A stretch of DNA of 64,000 nucleotides from Amoebidium appalachense (lineage: Eukaryota; Protista; Ichthyosporea): positions 8,677,962 to 8,741,961 of the forward strand of contig CAVNZM010000007.1 in the NCBI GenBank assembly GCA_963693365.1, read 5' to 3'. Made by a program: the position numbers and the translations under genes. Under the pieces are notes generated by a model that was not told the DNA's origin, ran no database searches, and saw nothing but the letters and a program-made list of their open reading frames with translations. Positions 1 through 61,392 of the stretch are shown here, in pieces. The first letter of the stretch is position 1; each line of letters starts with the position of its first letter.

Positions 1-15878
<15,878 letters not shown>

Positions 15879-15986
15879 CTTCTAGCAGTGTTTTGTTTCG
15901 GGTCCCTGCAGACCGGACGAATAGTTTGGTTGGTTAGCGGTCACACATATGCACTAGCAAAATAGAATAACCCAAGTGCACAGACA

Positions 15987-16099
15987 ATTATTTATAAGCC
16001 TAGGAATTATCAGGTAACGTTTTTTTTTTTGTTTTTTTTTTTTAAAAAAAAAAAGGACAGAAACGGATTCCTCATACTATTCCTAGGCTTATAAATAAT
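15987..16099. mobile_element. Short element with perfect 21-bp terminal inverted repeats (MITE-like)
   Basis: ATTATTTATAAGCCTAGGAAT (15987-16007) is the exact reverse complement of ATTCCTAGGCTTATAAATAAT (16079-16099). The interior has a T-run followed by an A-run. Confidence 0.65.
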
Positions 16100-17197
16100 A
16101 GAAACCTCTCGATCTCCAAGATTTCTTAGAGGTTTTCTTCGTTGACACACCCTATGCCCTCATGTAAACCTGATGAAAAAACGGGGTCCCTACTATTACT
16201 ACCCATTCAAAAAATCCTCTTTGAAGACTCCCCCTAACTTCTCTTCCCGTTACCGCCCCCGATGATTTCTCTCCCACTATTTGACCCTTTTTCATATCAA
16301 TTTTTGCTAAACTTTGCTCCCTTTTCAAGCTCTGCTGGTTCTTCCAAACTCTGGGAAAAAAAAAGGGGGGGGGAGGGGGAGAACAAAAAAAACTCCCAAG
16401 GATCAACAGTAAAGCTGCCACCGTGTATCTATGATTTACCACCTACTGCTCACCCTCCATTATCAGTAACTACGTGTGCACCGCTCTTCAAATCCCACCC
16501 CATATTTCATTGCAAATAGCTGTCCGAGGTCTGCCTCCCTCCCTCGAGCTCGAGCTCCCGAATTTATTCATGCATTATTATCTAGGGCTGCCAGAACACC
16601 ACTATGTTGACTCGTATGTGGTCTAATTGGAAGTTGACTTCTCTTAGAACTAATATATCTTCCTGTGCCTGTCCACAGTGCCATGGTCTTCGCTAGCTAG
16701 CAAAAGGCACACACAACACACCACACCACTGCGGCACATTATGAGGCACAAACTTGTGACAAGCTCTCACAGCATAAACCACGAGTTGAAAGAGGAGCAA
16801 GTGTTGTTCCGTTACATTCTCCTTTTCCAAGACAATATATAATCTAACGAAGTACATACCTTCTTACAGCACATAGCTCTCCTTCTTGTAGTTAACAGGG
16901 GGACTGTCTTCTTTTAAGGTTCGCTTTAATTCAGGAACACCACACTGTTTTCCAACGTCGTGGTGAGGCTATTTCGCCCTCGCCCGTCCTTTTATTGCAA
17001 GCCATAAGACGTACGTACCAGATACCCGTATCAGGCTATCCTCTTTGCTAATGACAGTCGACGTATACTTGCCTGGTTTTTCTATGTTTTTTTCGCCGTC
17101 TTGCTCAATGGATTGTGTTTGCGTAGAGTGAGGCCTGTGGCACACTGACCAGTCAACCCGACTGCGTCCCGCTCACGTACTCACGCTACTAGTACTC

Positions 17198-17228
17198 AGA
17201 TGGCGGCAGCATCTAAGCCAATCACGTG
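17198..17228. promoter_or_regulatory. Candidate promoter motifs (AGATGGCGGC YY1-like; CCAAT fused to CACGTG E-box)
   Basis: Motif matches only, in a non-repetitive intergenic stretch. Confidence 0.25.
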
Positions 17229-18380
17229 CGATGGAATGCGAATGGCATGCATACCTGAACATAAACAGTGCGGCCACTCCACTGGTGACTCCAGGCCGCC
17301 AGGGACAGTGGCGATGTTTGGAATGCTTTTGGAATCTCCTTATCAGAGCCCTACACCATCTGATTGGATGCTTTTACCTTAATCACCTTGCTGTAGAGAT
17401 TGAGTCCCGAGGTTTGTCCTTTTCCAGGGCTATGCATACATATACCTACCGGTGCAGGACGGTGTTGGCCTGAGTGAGCTCAGTCTTGCGGAAGTGGCGT
17501 TGTCCGTTTTTTATGTCTGCAGTCACGACAACTCACTGCTGCCCTCTGTCCATCCAACCCAAACCCAACCGTTTACGGCTAAATAAAGCCGTCCCGAATC
17601 CCGGCCCTGGCCGGCTATGCGTAGTAGTAATGTGGTCAAGAGTCATCCGATATGGAAGGACAAGGACTCAGCCTGGGGCACAATTTTATGTGGCCCTGCT
17701 GCTTGCAGCGACATCTGGGCCCTATGGTGCTGCCCCTAGCCCTTTGCTCCTGTGTGCACACGTGTGCACTCCCCCCCCCCCCCCCCCCCCCTCTTTGCAT
17801 GTACTATTATAGACATAGGCCGTTGAGAACCAATATTACTGGGAATAACCGTTGTGTCTGTAGACTTGGCCAGTTTGAAATTGGACTAGCACTAGCTAGT
17901 AATATTCATTTGTTACATGGGCCAGTGATATCTTCTCAACAAATTCCAATAGTCAGCTTATAGAAATGCCGGCCGTGTGAGCTTATTGCACGGCAACGGG
18001 TCTGTGAGCCAAAAATAATACTGAGACGCGTCACCCCAGGAGCCCTCTCTTACTAGCCTAAGGTCTCTCCTCCCATGACGAGCCCCTTCCCTCCTCCCCC
18101 CTCCCCCCGGGCCCCACGGTAGCCCCACCACCCCTCCCCATGGCACATCGTCTCACCCCGCACACACACACACACACGCATATATTCATACACGCGCACA
18201 CACGTGCACTCAGGCTTACGCACACACACACACACAACACACACACACACACACACACACACTGTGACAGACATGCATACAGTACACACACATGATAAAC
18301 ACACGTACAATACACGTAAGCACACACACACACACACACATACACAGATGCAGACTGTGACACACACACACACACACACG

Positions 18381-18450
<70 letters not shown>

Positions 18451-19125
18451 TGTGTGTGAGTGGTACTACCTGTTTACCTGCTGGCGCACACACAGCATAT
18501 CACACACACAGGACCCGGCGGCATGCCGTGGCACACATGTGTGTGCACACTAACATGATGTCACATACACGCATACTCACGCACACTAGCCGACTGTATA
18601 CACAAGTAGACGGTACGCGGAAGTTACTGTAACCTCGATGCACTTACTGAATCTTAAATTGAATTAAAATTCGATGGTGTCATTCATGGCTCCCATCTCC
18701 CTCTCCCCCCTTCCCCCCCTTCCCCCCCCCCCCCTCTCCCCCCCCCCCCCTCCCTCCCCTCCCTCCCCCCCCCTGCCCCTTGGATCCTCCTCGCCCCTTC
18801 GACTCCTACCCTCTCCGACACAATGTGATGTGGGGGGGGGGGGGGGGGGGGGGGGGGGGGATGGAAGGGAAAGGAAAGGATACTATGTGACAAGGAAAAC
18901 AGAGGTTGACCTCGCATACTATCACGGAGGTTGTTCTAGCATAAACCGCCCAAAACACATATTACTACTCCGAGTCGAAATCATAGTTCGTATGTTTCTT
19001 CTTGATGTCCATCCTCCTTTTTCTTTTTCATTTTTCGTTTCTTCCTTCCTTGCTTGCTTTCTTTCTTTCTTCCTTCCTTCCTTCTTCTTTCTATCTTCTT
19101 CTTCTTCTTCTTCTTTTTCAATGAA

Positions 19126-19163
<38 letters not shown>

Positions 19164-20198
19164 AGGGGGAGAGGGGGGAGGGGCGGGGAGGGGGGGGGGG
19201 GGGGGAGGGAGGGGGGGGGGGGGGGGGGGGGCAAGCAAGTTTTATTAAGGAATTTTGGCGTAATAATAAGCCCTGAAGCCTGAAAACTGCAACACGAAGA
19301 ACAACTGGTAGCGGCGGGGAGGGAGGAATGGTGTACCGATTTGGTGTGCAGGTCTTTTTTTCCCCTTGTCGTGGTGATGATGCGTGTGTGTGTGTGTGTG
19401 TGTGTGCGTGCGCGCACGCCCGTGTGTGTCTTTTGCGGCAGGGGGGGGGGGGGGGGGGGGGGGGGGAGGAGGAGGGGTTACTACCGATTGGTGTGATGGT
19501 GGTGGTAAGGTGTGTGTTTGGGGGGAGGGGGGCGTGGGGGGGGGTAGCCCTTCCCGGCAATCATCTTACAGGCATGTTGCAAAATCACCTGCCCACACAA
19601 AGGACTGGGGTATGGCCTATGTACAGTGACAACATCATTGCATCATCCTGTTTGGCATGCATCGGGAGCATGCTCCGCATACATGGGGATTAAAACAATG
19701 CCTGAGACTTATGTACAGAGAGTGCCTTGACAATAACACCTTACTCAAAAAATTTGCGAGACCATTGAACCTGCTGAATAGAAAGGCTTATGTACAGTAG
19801 TGCCGCAGTCGAATTATTATAGTAGGTGACGAATGTGGAATACGATTCTACTGAGCACACTATACAGGATAAGGTAGTAGGGCCAATACTGTAGTGTATG
19901 TTTTTATGTTTCTACTCAAAACACCTGCCAAAGAACGGCTGAAGAAGGCTACAAGCAATTTGTTATTGGTTTTTTTTTTTTAAAAAAAAATTAGCTGGGA
20001 CCGCAAACCATTTCTAGGTGGAGGCAACCAAGAAATTGAAGCCCGACCTTGAACAAGACATAGTCTGTTGGAAGTCAACCCGAGTTAATGTGGGATATAC
20101 TTACATTGTTAGTTGTTAACCTAATAAGCAATGTATATACAATATCTGCTGATGATTAACCAAAAAGCAAGGTGCACACAACTTTGGAATAGGATTGA

Positions 20199-20282
20199 AA
20201 GCTAACCTAATACCGAGTCTTATGTATTTATTCACAAGGGAAGCTAACCTAATACCGAGTCTTATGTATTTATTTACAAGAG
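20199..20282. repeat. 42-bp direct tandem duplication
   Basis: AAGCTAACCTAATACCGAGTCTTATGTATTTATT(C/T)ACAAG(G/A)G x2. Confidence 0.9.
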
Positions 20283-20458
20283 GGTTTCAAAGTTTTTGAG
20301 ACATATTGAGCATATGTGGCAGAATTAAGGCCGGCCCAAAAATGTTTAAATTTGCGAGCATATCAATGGTCTATTTTCATGTTAGGCAAGTGCACAGCGT
20401 CGCGGTGGGTACTTCGGGAGGGGCCCAGGGCTGGGCCTTTTATCGGCAGGTCGGATAG

Positions 20459-44318
<23,860 letters not shown>

Positions 44319-45089
44319 GTTTTTGTTCACACTTTTCGTGATTACCCCCCAGCTTCTTGCCCACCTATGATAAAAGAACACAACAAGTGGACTAACAGAC
44401 AACCATGGCTATTAAAGACACTGCATGGACGGAGGGGAAGTGTGCAGTGAGACAGACTCGTAGGGTAGAAAAAGAAATTGTATCGGCATTTATCCATTTT
44501 CGGTGGAGGTTAGTAGTGGAGGTTTGGCATCCCAAGGAAAGTAGGAAACCGCTGATCAAGAGAGTGATGGTGAAAACACAAGTATCCTGGTTAATCATGA
44601 TTGGTGCTTCATCCTGACGTTCGTGATCTGGAAAGCAACGTTCGGTGATTCTAGATCCTATATTACTGGAATGTATAATCGGGCGGAGAATTAACCCCCC
44701 AAAACACAGTAGTTTAGATATATTTAGAAAAGCTAGGAATACATGAAGATTTGTACTTTTTGCTTTCCGTGTTCAAACAGACTCCCAGTGTTGTGCACCC
44801 GTTTTGGTCATCTTGCCTCCCTGTAGGAACCACTGCGTATGATTCGTTTATTGTCATCAACTAGTATAGCGCAGATTTATATTCCTCCAATTAGACGGTA
44901 TTTATGCATTTTCCAATGGCGCATCCCAGTTTGTGGCTCGTGTTACATCCATTATTTACTATGTTAAAACGCAGAAAACGCCCTGAAAAATTGAAAAACA
45001 ATAAAACTATCGAAAAATACTTTTAAGCAGCTTGCGTGACAGCATCCACATACTATCTGTTTACAGGGTTGTTGAAAGTTTTAGGTTGA

Positions 45090-45163
45090 CCAATCATCAC
45101 TTTTCAGCCCTGATGCATGCTCAACCAATCAGATGTTTGATACGCGCACCAGTGACGTCACTG
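45090..45163. promoter_or_regulatory. Candidate promoter of the divergent paralogue-B/POP4 pair: two CCAAT boxes and a CRE-like palindrome
   Basis: CCAAT at 45090 and 45125; CAGTGACGTCACTG at 45150-45163; lies between divergent ATGs at 44318 and 45458. Confidence 0.45.
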
Positions 45164-45457
45164 ATTCTTGAAACATGAAAGTTCAAGTGCGTGACACCGC
45201 CTGCCGCTGTCACACGTTCTGATATGCTCTCAGGCTGGCCGATGTACATAGGCATATGGATGTACGAGAAACTAAAAGCCAGCGAAGCTTTTAATCGCGT
45301 GCATTTCAGTTAAAATCTACACCGTGTTTAGGCACATGCTCTATTGTATCCTTACCTGAGAATAGCGAACAACGCTACTGAGCCAAACAAGTCCTAGTGT
45401 TGTAAGCTGCAATTCGGGAGGGTCGTTCACAGGAGGTAGCCCATAGCGTAACGAAAA

Positions 45458-54072
<8,615 letters not shown>

Positions 54073-56210
54073 TACCACCCCGGGCTCAAGGAACTGCCTT
54101 TTGACTCGATGAGAACCTACACAGGGGGAACAAAATGCAGCATGAGAGCTCGGCTTATATAGTGTTTTATTAACGGTTGTTGTTTCGCAATTGCGTTATG
54201 CTAATGGAATGAATGACTTTGCGAAATTGTGTTCATGCCTCTTTTTTAATCTTTCTCCTCGGTTATTTACCAAAATGTGTGGACTCGTTTTATATAGAAT
54301 TGGGCGCTTTAGTTTTGTAGACACAAGTGCATGTATGAATCACCCCCACCAAGGCATTGTACGAAGGACCAGCCAGCTATTATCCAATACACATTCACTC
54401 AGCCAAATATAGCTCGTGAGCTCGCGTGCTTAGCTACGGATATACGACCAGTACAGCAGTTTGTAACCCACAAAAGAATGAGGGAATAACAAAGAATTGT
54501 GATAAACAACCGTCTGCTCAGGCGTGACTCCCTCACCACAGGTGATGTGTCATCTAGTAGGGTCTGAGTGACTTGTGGCTGTGATCATCTGCCGCTTGCA
54601 CGTGATTATGTATACACATTTCTTGTTCTGTAAAACCAAGGCGAAGTCATGCCGTCTCTACACACCGTTGCATGTGCAAAATGCCACATTCCTGTTCCTG
54701 CACCGTACGAGATCGGTTGCGGCTCGATCAGGTGCTTGGATTGTCTCCATGCGAAGGGGTGGCAACTGAAGGACTTGACGGCGGATCAACAACCTTAAAG
54801 CTCAAGAGAAGGTCTGGTTAAGGGACCGTCGGCAAGCGTCACGCGCTCGCCTACCACACATGTGTCCAAGGTGCTCCACGGCACGACAAAGATATGCAAC
54901 ACCATCTTGTGTCCAGCCTATCAACTCCGCACATCGATGTCCTCATGTCGAGATGGTCACGGTGGCCCGATTACGAGCAGTCCACTAATGAGCAGAGTCA
55001 TCTGCGGTCTTCTTTCCCTTGGGTGTTTATGCACCAGAAGCAGTAGCGTGCCCCCACTCGTAGGTTCTCTTGACACCAATACAGTTAGCCATGTTTTGTG
55101 CCTGCAGCTGTTTGCTGGATGCCTTTCCGTGCATTGAATCTGACGGACGGTACGCAGATAGTTGAGAATTTTCTTCCTTCATCTCATTTTTTAAAGGTGT
55201 TGTGTTTGCCGCTTCAACATCGATGTTTTTTTGCCATCCTGAAGAGAGTCGCCAGGTATTGCTTGAGCTGCTAGGAACAGGGCCATGCAAACCAAAACTG
55301 GGGGGCAAAGGCGTGGTGGCCACAGGCCTAGGGCATGTGCCTGTGTGCTCACAAGGAGTAAGCATAAGGCAGCCACCCCAAGGAGGGCTAGAGGAGAAAC
55401 GATCCGAAACTTGATTTTCTCCATACCAACATCTGACAAAAGTCACTCAAGCATGCCATCAACTTTCGAACTACCACGGTGTACCGTACTTACCCGGAGG
55501 CCCTCCCAAAAAAAACAAAAACAGAGTGGCATGTTGGTGACGTCATATTTAAGTTGATACTAGACCGAGATGGGACAGATAGCATGTAGCGCTTTTAGAC
55601 TATCCTGTAGTGGCCTTAAGACAAAAAAAGAAAAACGATACAAAAAACTTCGTTCTGTATGTAATTACGTGTTTTATAAAACAATTAAAAAAGTAGGAAT
55701 ATACATTTCCTCACGACGTCCACTCCAGGCCTGAGAAGTTGAAAACAAGAGCTAGCCCACCCGAATATTGCCTGCTTAAACACAGTTACCAGTTTGTCTC
55801 CTTGTTCTTCGAGGTTTGCTAAGCCCAGAATATCTTGGGTTCGCGTCTGCCTGTTTGGTCTATACCGGTACGAGGTAAGTTTCGTACTTCTTCCTGTTTT
55901 TTTTTTTTCATCCTTCTTAGTAACTCACGTAGCCCATTTGACAGCTCCATTATCGTGCTGCCTCCAGAGCCTCCTCCTTCCCCCCCCCCCCCCCCCCCTC
56001 CTCCCCCCCCCCCCCCCCCCCCCCCTCCCCCCCCTCCATCCCCCTCCCTACCCTGCCTACCCTCTCGGAGCGCTTCCCCCTGTTTCTTTACAGGCAAACA
56101 CATGCGTGCACACGTTCACACCTACAGCACACACAAGCACACACAAGCAACCCCTTTACACTCTTATCTATCTACTAGCCTCTCATCCAGTCATCCTTTT
56201 CCCTGCACAG

Positions 56211-56353
56211 CTTTTTTCGAGTCTTCCAACATGGCAGACGCAGTAACAGGGTCGTTCTTCCAGAGGCTGGCTGCAGACAAGGTGCTCCTTGTGCTGTTGG
56301 GCATCTATGTGGCCGTCACCATAGCCGGAATCCTCGTGGGCCAGCTGGCGTAG
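56211..56353 (+). CDS. Possible terminal exon (or small ORF from ATG 56231) of a protein with a C-terminal transmembrane helix
   Basis: CACAG acceptor then ..MADAVTGSFFQRLAADKVLLVLLGIYVAVTIAGILVGQLA*. A strong donor (AG|GTAAGT at 55875) and a poly-C/CA intron lie upstream. No family recognised. Confidence 0.4.
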
Positions 56354-56606
56354 CTTTAAGGAGAAGGTGATTGTGGGGTTTGAGGATGCGTTTAAAACAT
56401 CTACTATCGAATGATATGAAAAAACATAACGCAGTGAATGCTCATGGGCACGTGTACCACAGGAGTGTAGTGGACTATAAGCTGTTACATTATAAGTGAG
56501 TGGAGGTTTCATGGATTCCCTTGTGTGGTGTAGCTTATTGGCGAAAACCACATGGGTATACGTAAGGAGGGGGGTTAGGAGAGGGAAGCATGTGGTGACT
56601 GGACAA

Positions 56607-56644
<38 letters not shown>

Positions 56645-57065
56645 ACAGTTTGATGGCGTGTGCCAGCCATACTGAGTGTCTTTAAGACCGGTGTAGTCCG
56701 AGCTGACTAGTTAGTGCAAGACTGCGAGCTCGCAGCACAAAGCTTTGAAAGTATGAACAATGAGATAGATTATAGGTGGACTCACATCCTAGGGGAAGTA
56801 CGAGCAACTGTTAAAATTATAAGTGAGCTCTAGTGTACCGCTATCTGAGACCTGGGAGGTTCAGATCTTCTTAGCTTTGCACTATGAGGGCGTGTCTGAA
56901 ATAAAATCCGGATCCCAGGCCAGCAACAACTACCCAACTGTTTAAGTGGCTGTCCGTGGGGCGGTGGTGGCGGCATAGTGGGGTGCTGGTGGTGGTGGTT
57001 TTTTTTATTTTTAAAAAAAGTTAATTTGGGGGGGGGGGAAGGGGGGGGGGGGGGGGAGGGGAGGA

Positions 57066-57106
<41 letters not shown>

Positions 57107-57624
57107 TGTCATGGGCTCCTGAACGAGGCCTAGGAGCGTATCATGCGCATGCTAGCGCCTACTACAGGGTGGCTTTGCGATTGCCCCACCCTTCGATTCC
57201 TAAACGGCGCTGTGCTGATGTCTGGCAAAAGCGACCGGATGTACAAGAACGTAATGCGTGAAAGTGGCATTCACACGGAAGTATACACGGGAAAGGACAT
57301 GCATTTGGAAAGCAGGAGGGGGTTCTCATGCAGCTGTCAAGTGTCGTGTCATTTTGCTCAACTGAACATGGACTTTACTTTGAACAGAGACATTAATTGC
57401 ACTTGAGAGTCAAGCATGAAATTGGTGCTTGCACACACGTGGAAGTCACAACATTTCTTTTCGAGCGTTTCGGAACCAGCCGTATCGCCTCTCTCTTACA
57501 TTTTACTTTGGAGACAGCCACGGTCCAAGGTTCAAAACATTGAGAATAGAAAATAACTATTACATACGCGCATAGGGCCACGGCTCTTGTTGGCCGGGCA
57601 CAGACGACTCACAAAGAAGAAAAA

Positions 57625-57678
57625 ATTCAGTACACGTACAGTTACGATAACATTCAGTACAGGTACAGTTACAATAAC
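57625..57678. repeat. 27-bp tandem duplication
   Basis: ATTCAGTACA(C/G)GTACAGTTAC(G/A)ATAAC x2. Confidence 0.8.
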
Positions 57679-57829
57679 ATGGTTTCGCGATCTTGGCCTT
57701 CGGAGCAACTATTTACAGGAGGCCATAAAAAGCACCACATAGAGGCATAAAAACAGGTGTTGATAACGAAGCAAACACCAAATAACAGGTATTCTGATAT
57801 ATAAAAAAACCGTATACCAGTTTTATAGT

Positions 57830-59059
57830 CTAGCAAGAGAATATAGGAAAAGACTTTGCACCACGTTCCGAAAGCGATCTTGTAGGCTTGGGCCGTGCGA
57901 AATCCAGCTCCGTATGGCCAAAGAATACCTTTTTCTGTTTTACAAGCGGTGGAGGAGAGGTACGACTAGAATCCTCGACCCTACATCCTCCTGTACCCGT
58001 CCTATATCCAGCCAACATTCCGAGGATATCTGAGTTGTCGCTCGAATCATCATCTAAGCTGACCTCAGCCATAAAAGCAGCGGCTATGTCGTCCAACAGC
58101 TCCTTTGGGGAGGTTTTCGGTGCCGCGGTTATTGTCGAGGATAAAACTGACGCAGATTTCTTTAAGGGGGCAGGTTTGATGATTGGTGCTTTAACTACCG
58201 GGGCCACGGGCGCCATCTTGGGCGGGGCTGGTACGACTGGACGAGTAAATGTGGCCCGGTAGTTGGCCCCAAGGTTATTGTCCCAGTACGTGTGCCCGGC
58301 CACGGTATAGGCCACGGTCAACTCGAGGCTCGTGCCCTCAAAACTATTGGAGTCGAGGGAGATGGAGAAACTAAAGAGGTCGACAGGGGAGGAGGGTGTG
58401 TACGTGTCTGTTTCTGTTGTCGGGTGGTAAAGGACCACTCTGGGTGTGGTTTTGCGACTGTACAAATAGCGTGCTGGCTCGTCCCTCCACGTACGCCAAC
58501 CGTCCGTTGTGTACCGTACAAACACCTCCTTTTCGTACGCGATGTTCTGTACAGTGACAGCGCCATTGATGCGTTTTGAATATTTGTCATACTGCACCCG
58601 TGCCAGACTTACCATGGCGGTGTCGTCTTCTCGTGGAGGGTTGATAGAAAAATTAACCTCCTGCACAGGTTTGACATTGATACCGCTGGCGTCAGAGAAT
58701 CGTCCTGCCAAACATGTGTCTGATGAGCTCCTCGGGCCGAGTTCGCGCAAGGTAAGTTGTGCACAACGCCCACTTATCAGTGCTGGCGGGTCCCAAGCGT
58801 GAAAAGTAAGCGTGGTTGTTAAAGTCTGCCCGTTGACTTCGTCAGCAAATAAAACCTTTGAGCGTACACGTGTATCCAAGGAATCATCACTGCTACTACC
58901 CGTGCTGTCGTGACTGTGTGTGAAACGAAGAATGCTTGCGTCCCGCCTGAGGGCGGTAGCAAATTGAGACTCGTATGCCATCATTTGACGCGCCGATAAT
59001 TCGGCTGAAGAATTACTACGGACGAGCGAAGTCTTTTTGCAACGTTGTTTGCTAAACAC
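57830..59059 (-). CDS. Protein phosphatase 1 glycogen-targeting regulatory subunit (PPP1R3/Gac1-like, CBM21 domain)
   Basis: SILR (SILK-like) and KVLFAD (RVxF) PP1-docking motifs; CBM21 signatures GAVTVQNIAYEKEVFVRYTTDGW and YWDNNLGANY. Start uncertain: ATG at 58984, or an upstream exon spliced at the TTTTTAG acceptor before 59059. Confidence 0.9.
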   Translation of the reverse strand: MFSKQRCKKTSLVRSNSSAELSARQMMAYESQFATALRRDASILRFTHSHDSTGSSSDDSLDTRVRSKVLFADEVNGQTLTTTLTFHAWDPPALISGRCAQLTLRELGPRSSSDTCLAGRFSDASGINVKPVQEVNFSINPPREDDTAMVSLARVQYDKYSKRINGAVTVQNIAYEKEVFVRYTTDGWRTWRDEPARYLYSRKTTPRVVLYHPTTETDTYTPSSPVDLFSFSISLDSNSFEGTSLELTVAYTVAGHTYWDNNLGANYRATFTRPVVPAPPKMAPVAPVVKAPIIKPAPLKKSASVLSSTITAAPKTSPKELLDDIAAAFMAEVSLDDDSSDNSDILGMLAGYRTGTGGCRVEDSSRTSPPPLVKQKKVFFGHTELDFARPKPTRSLSERGAKSFPIFSC

Positions 59060-59847
59060 CTAAAAAGGGGATCATTTTGGCGTGGTTTTGTGTCGTTGTC
59101 ACAGTACCGACTCAAAGAGAAAATGTGTATTACTGAGAGCTGCTAGCTTCGCCGAACCGCTGTGTATATTGATTGTTAATAACCACGACACAAACTATTC
59201 AATGGGTTTAATGGTGACTACAACATGTATCTAAGCCAGAAAGAGCCTTGTCAAAAGGTGTGTTATTCACCTGGCTTCAAAGCAGGAACATTCAAACAAC
59301 ACACTCACAGACTGTCTATCGCAAAAGTGTCGAAAGTGGAAGCTTGTGGCTTGTCCTTGTGAAGGCGGGGAGCAGGACTTGGTTTATCATCGGCATCAAA
59401 TGAAGGCCCAGACCTAAATCGGATTGGTCAAAGGTTAGGGTGCAGTATTTCGCAGATTGTGTGGCTATTTTATTTGCTAAGTTGTAATGCTGCTTTCCCC
59501 TGTATGTGACAATAAATAGATAGGTATTTACAAAAAACAATTTTCAAATATTTAGTGGCTAAATAGTGCTAGTAGATATTAAAATCTACATTTTTGTAAG
59601 CATCAGCTAGCCTACTACCTGCCACAGCAGCTTTTAAAGTTTTGCTGTCTTCCCCTGGGAATTATCAAAGCCCTTTTTGATTAATAATAAATCATGCACT
59701 CTTTTAGGCATGGTTTGAAACAATGCTCCAATTGGCTTACCGCTAGTTGATCACATGTGCTAGCCAATTAGCGCTTCACAATCTTGAGATTATTCTACAA
59801 AAATCACGCAATCCACATTCATTCGGATCGTTCCCCCGCTCCAAAAG

Positions 59848-59870
59848 CCAATCAATCGCGCAGCCAATCA
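59848..59870. promoter_or_regulatory. Paired CCAAT boxes upstream of the CBM21 gene
   Basis: AGCCAATCA twice within about 25 bp. Confidence 0.3.
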
Positions 59871-61178
59871 TTGAATCCATTCCTGCTCCCACGCTAGGTA
59901 TAGGGAGACAAATGCTAATGGTTGAAGATGGTGGGGGTGCTTCTAAGTTCGACGACAATCTTTTTCTTTTGACTCGGGTTTATTGATCCGTTGACGCCAG
60001 CAAGCCACAAATATCAATTGTGGAATTTGTAGCGCTATCATATATATAAGATTTCTCAAATATTATTTTATTTAAATTTTTATAATCAAAGCCGTCGTAT
60101 TATTTGAGCTTTAGTCATCCTTTTGATTAAATATTCATCATGGCTTAGTGAAAAATGTAATAGAAAAGAAATGTAATTTGCTCTCCGCTCACCTTGGAAA
60201 TATCGAGGGGGCTTCCCCGAAATGGGGTAAAAATATCTATCAAGGCTATGCCCCAACTGTTATCCATTATGCTGTACTTATGCTTTTTGAGGCAATCTAA
60301 GCACCAGATGTGATATTCAATATAGCTTTAGATACATAAACGTGAGTAGATGTTCTATAACCTATCAACTGCTTTTAATGTTCAGCAGTATTAAAACATA
60401 GAAAGAAGGTGCACGTGCGACCCTCCTCATCTACCATGTGTGATTTGGAGCCAATGCAAAGCCCTTTGATATTTGGCATCACGCACAGTTGAGCCACCAC
60501 CTTTACACACCCAAACATCAAGAATTTCAAATACATTCTTCCTTTGGCAGCTATCATTTTTTGTAATTATATTATAAATAACAATCCCTTACATATTGTA
60601 GGGGTGCTACAAAACATAATCTTCCCAATACTGATTTTATTTTGTTGGAGCGGATATCGATGATGCATCGATCAGTATAACTTGACGTCATCATAGGACA
60701 TTTCGGCTTTCGCAGGCCTGCGGGCCTGCGGCCCAACGACAACACGTCATGATGACACGGTTGCCGGATCCGGCCAGGCCGGTCGTCCGTGGTTATGGTG
60801 CCGGAACTCTGAAGCCCTCCAATTTCAGATCCCAAAATCACCCCGATCCGAGGGGTCGTCGCTCCCCATAGCATTGCGATATTTCGGAAATGGACACGTC
60901 AAGATGTCCATCTTGATGTCCACTTTGAATGCACCCGGACACTTGCCCGGTGCCACCACAGGAACATTTTCAAATTTGGTTTCAAAAGTTAGATATTTAC
61001 TAATTGACCCTAAATTGCGCTTTTTTGGAAAACAATGAAGGAGAGGTGCTAAAACAAAAATAAGGTGTTCTACATGCTCAGCGCAGACGACTTTCCCGTA
61101 AAACTTTTTTCGGAAATCCAAATTTCGCAAAAATAACTGAATAATTTGTGAAAACATAAAGAACCCCCCCGTAGGTCG

Positions 61179-61287
61179 GATTCAGTCGCACACATCGATT
61201 CAGTCGCACACATCGATTCAGTCGCACACATCGATTCAGTCGCACACATGAATCGCACACATCGATTCAGTCGCACACATCGATTCA
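61179..61287 (+). repeat. 18-bp tandem repeat (about 6 units) in the putative LINE 5' UTR
   Basis: GATTCAGTCGCACACATC repeated, with one truncated unit. Confidence 0.92.
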
Positions 61288-61392
61288 AATGTCGCTTTTT
61301 ATTATCTGCTAATAAATAGTATCCTTCGCGCATCCACCCCTAAACCGGGCCATCCGTGGCCCTAAGGGCCGGGGAACACCCCCATCCATGTC

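Noticed and set aside
54400-55600. Short ORFs on both strands downstream of POP4
   Set aside because: No recognisable motifs or consistent splice chain
61179-61287. CRISPR-like array
   Set aside because: Contiguous tandem units with no spacers, eukaryotic context, no cas genes
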